Both the position numbers and the translations under genes were made by a program. This document shows positions 46,463 through 49,861 of a stretch of DNA of 49,861 bases, in pieces. The notes beneath the pieces are model-generated. The model searched no databases, had not been told where the DNA came from, and saw nothing but the letters and a program-made list of their open reading frames with translations. Every line of letters starts with the position of its first letter. Positions within the stretch are counted from its first letter, which is position 1. The stretch lies in contig JBBRCK010000001.1 of NCBI GenBank assembly GCA_038205015.1, forward strand, positions 1-49,861, read 5' to 3'. The stretch is from Candidatus Levyibacteriota bacterium (lineage in GTDB: Bacteria > Patescibacteriota > Microgenomatia > Levybacterales > UBA12049).

Positions 46463-46978
46463 ATGTATGAAGTTCAATTTTCAAACCCTGGTGGTTATAA
46501 AAAGTTTATAAAATCAAATTTTAGCAAATTAATAATTTTTGTCGTATTTGTAGGCATTATTTTTTTAGCCGGTTATTTTTTCTTACAGTACCAAAAAACT
46601 CAAGCACTTCTTAAGAATCCTAATCAAGCAACTGCTGAGGAAGCTACGCAGTTAGTTATGCGGGTTGGAAAGTTGATAGAGCTTCCAACATCAGAGAATC
46701 CAACCATTGCAACAGTTTCTGATGTTACAAAGCTTGTAGACCAGCCATTTTTTTCCAAGGCCCAAAATGGAGACAAGGTTCTCGTATATACGCAAAATAA
46801 AATGTTAATTCTTTTTAGACCAAGTTTGAATAAAATAATAACAGTCGGAACAGTCAATGCTGCCCCGACAATTACAGCAAATCCTACGGTTACTGTAACT
46901 CCTACTATTTCTGCAGCTCCCACGATTACTTCTAAGCCAACTTTAACTCCAACCGTTACCCCTTTGCCAGCGCAATAA
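46463..46978 (+). CDS. Membrane-anchored hypothetical protein with Pro/Thr tail
   Basis: N-terminal TM and VGKLIELP..E.PTIATV...FF..AQNGDKVLVY. Promoter TTGACA(46426)-18-TATTAT lies 7 nt before the ATG. Confidence 0.8.
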   Translation: MYEVQFSNPGGYKKFIKSNFSKLIIFVVFVGIIFLAGYFFLQYQKTQALLKNPNQATAEEATQLVMRVGKLIELPTSENPTIATVSDVTKLVDQPFFSKAQNGDKVLVYTQNKMLILFRPSLNKIITVGTVNAAPTITANPTVTVTPTISAAPTITSKPTLTPTVTPLPAQ

Positions 46979-47024
46979 ATTAAAAGAGTTTAAATTGAAT
47001 TGAGGTAAAAAACTTGGAGGCTTA

Positions 47025-47234
47025 TTATTCGGTTTTTTCCTGTATTCCTAAAAGCCAAAGTACTGCTTCTTTCTTATATCTTCTGTCGCCTCTGGAATTG
47101 ATTCTGATTGCCGGTAGTTTGCCTCTTTTGCCCCATCTTTTGATGGTAAGAGGAGAAACTCTTAGAATTTGGGCAACTTCTCTGACAGTTAATAGATCGG
47201 GTAGGTTACTTATTGATACAGTTTGATTAATCAT
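47025..47234 (-). CDS. BldC-like / HTH_17 small DNA-binding protein
   Basis: LLTVREVAQILRVSPLTIKRWGKRGKLPAIRINSRGDRRYKKEAV closely follows the BldC/MerR-like pattern LLT..EVA...RV...T..RW...GKL..IR...G.RRY. Confidence 0.9.
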   Translation of the reverse strand: MINQTVSISNLPDLLTVREVAQILRVSPLTIKRWGKRGKLPAIRINSRGDRRYKKEAVLWLLGIQEKTE

Positions 47235-47253
47235 AGCCTTGATAGTAATCGTT

Positions 47254-47312
47254 TAATAATCAATATGATTATTAGTTGACACTAAAGTAACAAACTGTAA
47301 CAAAAATGTCAA
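47254..47312 (-). promoter_or_regulatory. Promoter of the BldC-like gene with direct repeats and a leader inverted repeat
   Basis: TTGACA(47312-47307)-17-TACTTT; GTAACAAA at 47287 and 47297; perfect IR TAATAATCA-ATA-TGATTATTA at 47254-47274. Confidence 0.6.
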
Positions 47313-47335
47313 TAGGGGAAGTTGTATTTAAATAC

Positions 47336-47360
47336 AAAAATCCCGCCAAGTTGGCGGGAT
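47336..47360 (-). terminator. Rho-independent terminator of rplJL
   Basis: ATCCCGCCAACTTGGCGGGAT hairpin followed by a T-run on the minus strand. Confidence 0.85.
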
Positions 47361-47383
47361 AAATGTAGAAAATTGAGTTAAAA

Positions 47384-47776
47384 TTATTTCAACTCAACAG
47401 TAGCTCCCGCTGCTGTTAATTTTTCTTTTGCTTCGTCTGCAGTTTTTTTATTTACTGCTGTTAATACTTCTTTAGGAGCAGAGTCAACTAATCCTTTAGC
47501 GTCTGCTAGTCCTAATGTTGGGACTAATTCTCTAACAGCTTTAATAACTGCTATTTTATTAGCTCCACCCGATGCAATAACAACGTTGAATACTGTCTGT
47601 TCTTCTGCTGCTTCGCCTTCTGCTGTTGGTACTGCTCCTTGAGGAGCGGCTGCGACCATAGCTTGTGCTGAAACTCCGAATTTTTCTTCCAAAGCTTTTA
47701 CAAATTCTGAAAGTTCGAGAACTGACATCTCTTCAACTGTTTTTAATAAGTCATCTTTAGATATTTTTGCCATCAA
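47384..47776 (-). CDS. rplL: 50S ribosomal protein L7/L12
   Basis: [50 protein letters not shown]. Confidence 0.98.
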   Translation of the reverse strand: MMAKISKDDLLKTVEEMSVLELSEFVKALEEKFGVSAQAMVAAAPQGAVPTAEGEAAEEQTVFNVVIASGGANKIAVIKAVRELVPTLGLADAKGLVDSAPKEVLTAVNKKTADEAKEKLTAAGATVELK

Positions 47777-48513
47777 TTCTCACCCCCTTCACTTTTCACT
47801 TCATCAATTTTTGTTTCTTCTTGAACTGGTACTTCAGCTTGTTTTTCTTCTGGTGTTTCGGCAAGGATTGTTTCGGGTTCTGGCTCAGAAGTAGTAGCTT
47901 CAGAAGCTACCGGAGTTGGTTCAGAAACAGGTTTAATCGTGGCTACTGGAGCAGAAGCAACTGCCAAAGCAGGCTTGGTTGCAACCACTGCATTTAAAGT
48001 CATCACGAATTTTTGTAAATTCCAATTTAACGCTCTATGAAGATTAAAAATAGGAGCTTTGAGTCCGCCAACCAGTTGCGCAAGCAATACCTCTTTGGTT
48101 GGGAGGGTAGAAAGTTTTAAAATCTGCTCGCCGGTAACAAAGTCATTCTCCATAATGCCAAATTTTACGCTTGGTAAGTTTAACTCTTTGATTATTTTAG
48201 CAAGGGCTTTTAAAGGGGAAATTACGTCATCGTACAAAAATAAAGTTCCAGTTTGGCCATTTAAAACTTTATCATCAGATAATTTTATCTTGTTTTCGGC
48301 TAAAGCTATAGTTAAAAGGCTATTTTTAGCCACAACATACTCTGCGTGTAAAGGTTTAATAGCTCTTTTAAAGCCTTCGAGCTGTTTGTGGGTGATTCCC
48401 TGATAGTTGGTAAAGACAATTGCCTTAGCTTTTCCAAATTTTTCGGTAAGTTCGGTAACAATGTCTACTTTTTTTTGTCTGTTTGATGATATTTTTTTTT
48501 CTTCGTCGGACAT
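47773..48513 (-). CDS. rplJ: 50S ribosomal protein L10 with acidic C-terminal extension
   Basis: [36 protein letters not shown]; immediately upstream of rplL. Confidence 0.95.
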   Translation of the reverse strand: MSDEEKKISSNRQKKVDIVTELTEKFGKAKAIVFTNYQGITHKQLEGFKRAIKPLHAEYVVAKNSLLTIALAENKIKLSDDKVLNGQTGTLFLYDDVISPLKALAKIIKELNLPSVKFGIMENDFVTGEQILKLSTLPTKEVLLAQLVGGLKAPIFNLHRALNWNLQKFVMTLNAVVATKPALAVASAPVATIKPVSEPTPVASEATTSEPEPETILAETPEEKQAEVPVQEETKIDEVKSEGGEN

Positions 48514-48522
48514 ATTAATAAT

Positions 48523-48615
48523 AAAAAAACACTCCTAAGAAGAGTGTTCACAAGTTCGAAATTGAACTTTGGATTTCCTCGGTAGGACTTACATTTATGC
48601 CTACTGTCTTAGGTA
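48523..48615 (-). ncRNA. Ribosomal protein L10 leader (cis-regulatory RNA) with attenuator terminator
   Basis: Minus strand CCTAAGACAGTAGG...CCTACCGAGG kink-turn-like core typical of L10 leaders, then hairpin AACACTC-TTCTTAG-GAGTGTT plus a T-run just before the rplJ ATG. Confidence 0.8.
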
Positions 48616-48654
48616 AAAGTAATTTTAACAGACAGCAGGTGGGGTAGTCAAGGC

Positions 48655-49761
48655 TTATTTTCCAAAAAGGAATCTTCTGGCTCTGTCAACAATATTTGAC
48701 GTTTTTTGAACAGTTCGTTTTTCTGTAGCAGGGGTAGGTTGTACTACAGCAGTTTCATGGCCTGGTTTTTTTTCTGCTTTAGTTTCCGGATGTATTTTGT
48801 TAACATATTTATCTGTACGACTTGTAATTTCTTTAGCTCTATCTGGATGCGTAATTATTGCTTCTTCTTCCATGCGTCTTGCATAGGCAACTTTGTCCTT
48901 TTCCTTTAGTGTTTTTCGTATTTCTCCTTGTTTTGTTAAGATTTTTTCATTTCTTTCTGCATTTTGATACGCACTAAGAGTAGAAAGGAACATTAGAATT
49001 ACCGAGTTTGAGGTTGCCATTCTGGCATAACCTCTTTCCGTTTTTCCAGCTTTAATATCAGCTAAAACCTGTTTTAATGGAATATAGTCAACCTTATAAA
49101 TTAATTCAGATTTATCTGTTTTCATTTTGTTCACATTATCTAAGTCTACTTTTATAAAAACTACTTCGGATGTTGTTCCGGTATAGGTTGGGTTAGGATA
49201 GTGACTTCCAAATTCAGGATGTGTAATATCTAAAACAGTTTGAGCCCCAGCTTCTTCCATAACTTCTCGCGTAGCTGCTTCACCTTTGTTTTCAAGTCTA
49301 GTTATGTCATCTTTTGCGACAATTTTGTTCATAAATCCCATGGGTACTGATTCAAACATCATGGGTTCGTTGGTTTTTTCAAAAACATTGTCTGCGTGAG
49401 GTCTTGCCTGGGTTATTATTCCAATTTTTATTTCTCCGGTTGTTTTATCCTGTCCCCATGCAACGGCATTTATGTTTGGAGCCTCATCGTAGCGTGGTCT
49501 ATCAAAATCTGGAGTTCCGTCTGGTTTGGTTACAACAGCAGATCTAACAGACCCAAATCTAGAAATTGCTTCCCAATCTGTGCCGGCAGGCAATTCTTCG
49601 ATTTTGCCGTTAAGATGTCTTATTCTTAATTTCCAATTTACATCTTCAGGTCTGCTTGAAAAAAAGTCGGGTTTTCTTGCAATAGCATCAGAAGGGGAGA
49701 TGAGTTGTTTTCCTTGTCCCGGATGATAAATATCTGGTTTTACATTATCTTGTTCTGGCAT
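48655..49761 (-). CDS. Nudix-fold hydrolase-like protein with charged C-terminal extension
   Basis: ESVPMG...GEAATREVMEEAG (Nudix box-like REUxEE). Promoter TTGACT-17-GATAAT lies 6 nt before the ATG. Confidence 0.7.
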   Translation of the reverse strand: MPEQDNVKPDIYHPGQGKQLISPSDAIARKPDFFSSRPEDVNWKLRIRHLNGKIEELPAGTDWEAISRFGSVRSAVVTKPDGTPDFDRPRYDEAPNINAVAWGQDKTTGEIKIGIITQARPHADNVFEKTNEPMMFESVPMGFMNKIVAKDDITRLENKGEAATREVMEEAGAQTVLDITHPEFGSHYPNPTYTGTTSEVVFIKVDLDNVNKMKTDKSELIYKVDYIPLKQVLADIKAGKTERGYARMATSNSVILMFLSTLSAYQNAERNEKILTKQGEIRKTLKEKDKVAYARRMEEEAIITHPDRAKEITSRTDKYVNKIHPETKAEKKPGHETAVVQPTPATEKRTVQKTSNIVDRARRFLFGK

Positions 49762-49797
49762 AAAATAATTATCCTATAATCTTTTTTAAAAGTCAAA

Positions 49798-49860
49798 TTA
49801 GAGGTAATAGCCTCGGTTGTTTTCGGGTAACATATCCGCAAGTACTTTCATTGACAGTTC
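49798..49860 (-). CDS. 3' end of a CDS entering from the right edge (partial)
   Basis: Open frame ...ELSMKVLADMLPENNRGYYL* ending at TAA 49798; too short to identify. Confidence 0.35.
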   Translation of the reverse strand, partial: ELSMKVLADMLPENNRGYYL

Positions 49861-49861
49861 G

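Noticed and set aside
47014-47226. 70-aa plus-strand ORF and the other short nested opposite-strand ORFs in the track
   Set aside because: They are antisense or out-of-frame overlaps of well-supported genes.
35701-47234. Integrative element bounded by two excisionase-like HTH genes
   Set aside because: No integrase, att repeats or transfer genes are present. The HTHs are better explained as regulators.

Overview
AT-rich, compact bacterial chromosome segment. It is most consistent with a Patescibacteria/CPR (Microgenomates-like) genome, inferred from gene content, leaderless promoters and protein style. A housekeeping core (leuS, argS, M16 peptidase, ndk, dsbA/VKOR, tRNA-Pro, tRNA-Arg, sortase, mreB, WecB/TagA glycosyltransferase, galT, rplJ-rplL with an L10 leader) is flanked by two parallel cell-surface gene clusters. 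Each cluster has pilin/WxL-like secreted proteins, several membrane-anchored DUF916-like (chaperone-like) proteins and a neighbouring giant phage-tail-fibre-like protein. The most striking feature is missing from the ORF track: a >1111-codon minus-strand ORF (3333 to <1). It carries two tandem tyrosine-recombinase core-binding (SAM-like) domains with no catalytic domain, fused through a single transmembrane helix to a long extracellular tail-fibre-like region. Also present are an Xis/MerR-like HTH paired with a catalytically degenerate PIN protein, a BldC-like regulator with promoter repeats, a two-component module with two unknown small genes, and pseudogenes of comEA and a four-helix-bundle protein. 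Domain calls come from motif recognition by eye, not database searches.
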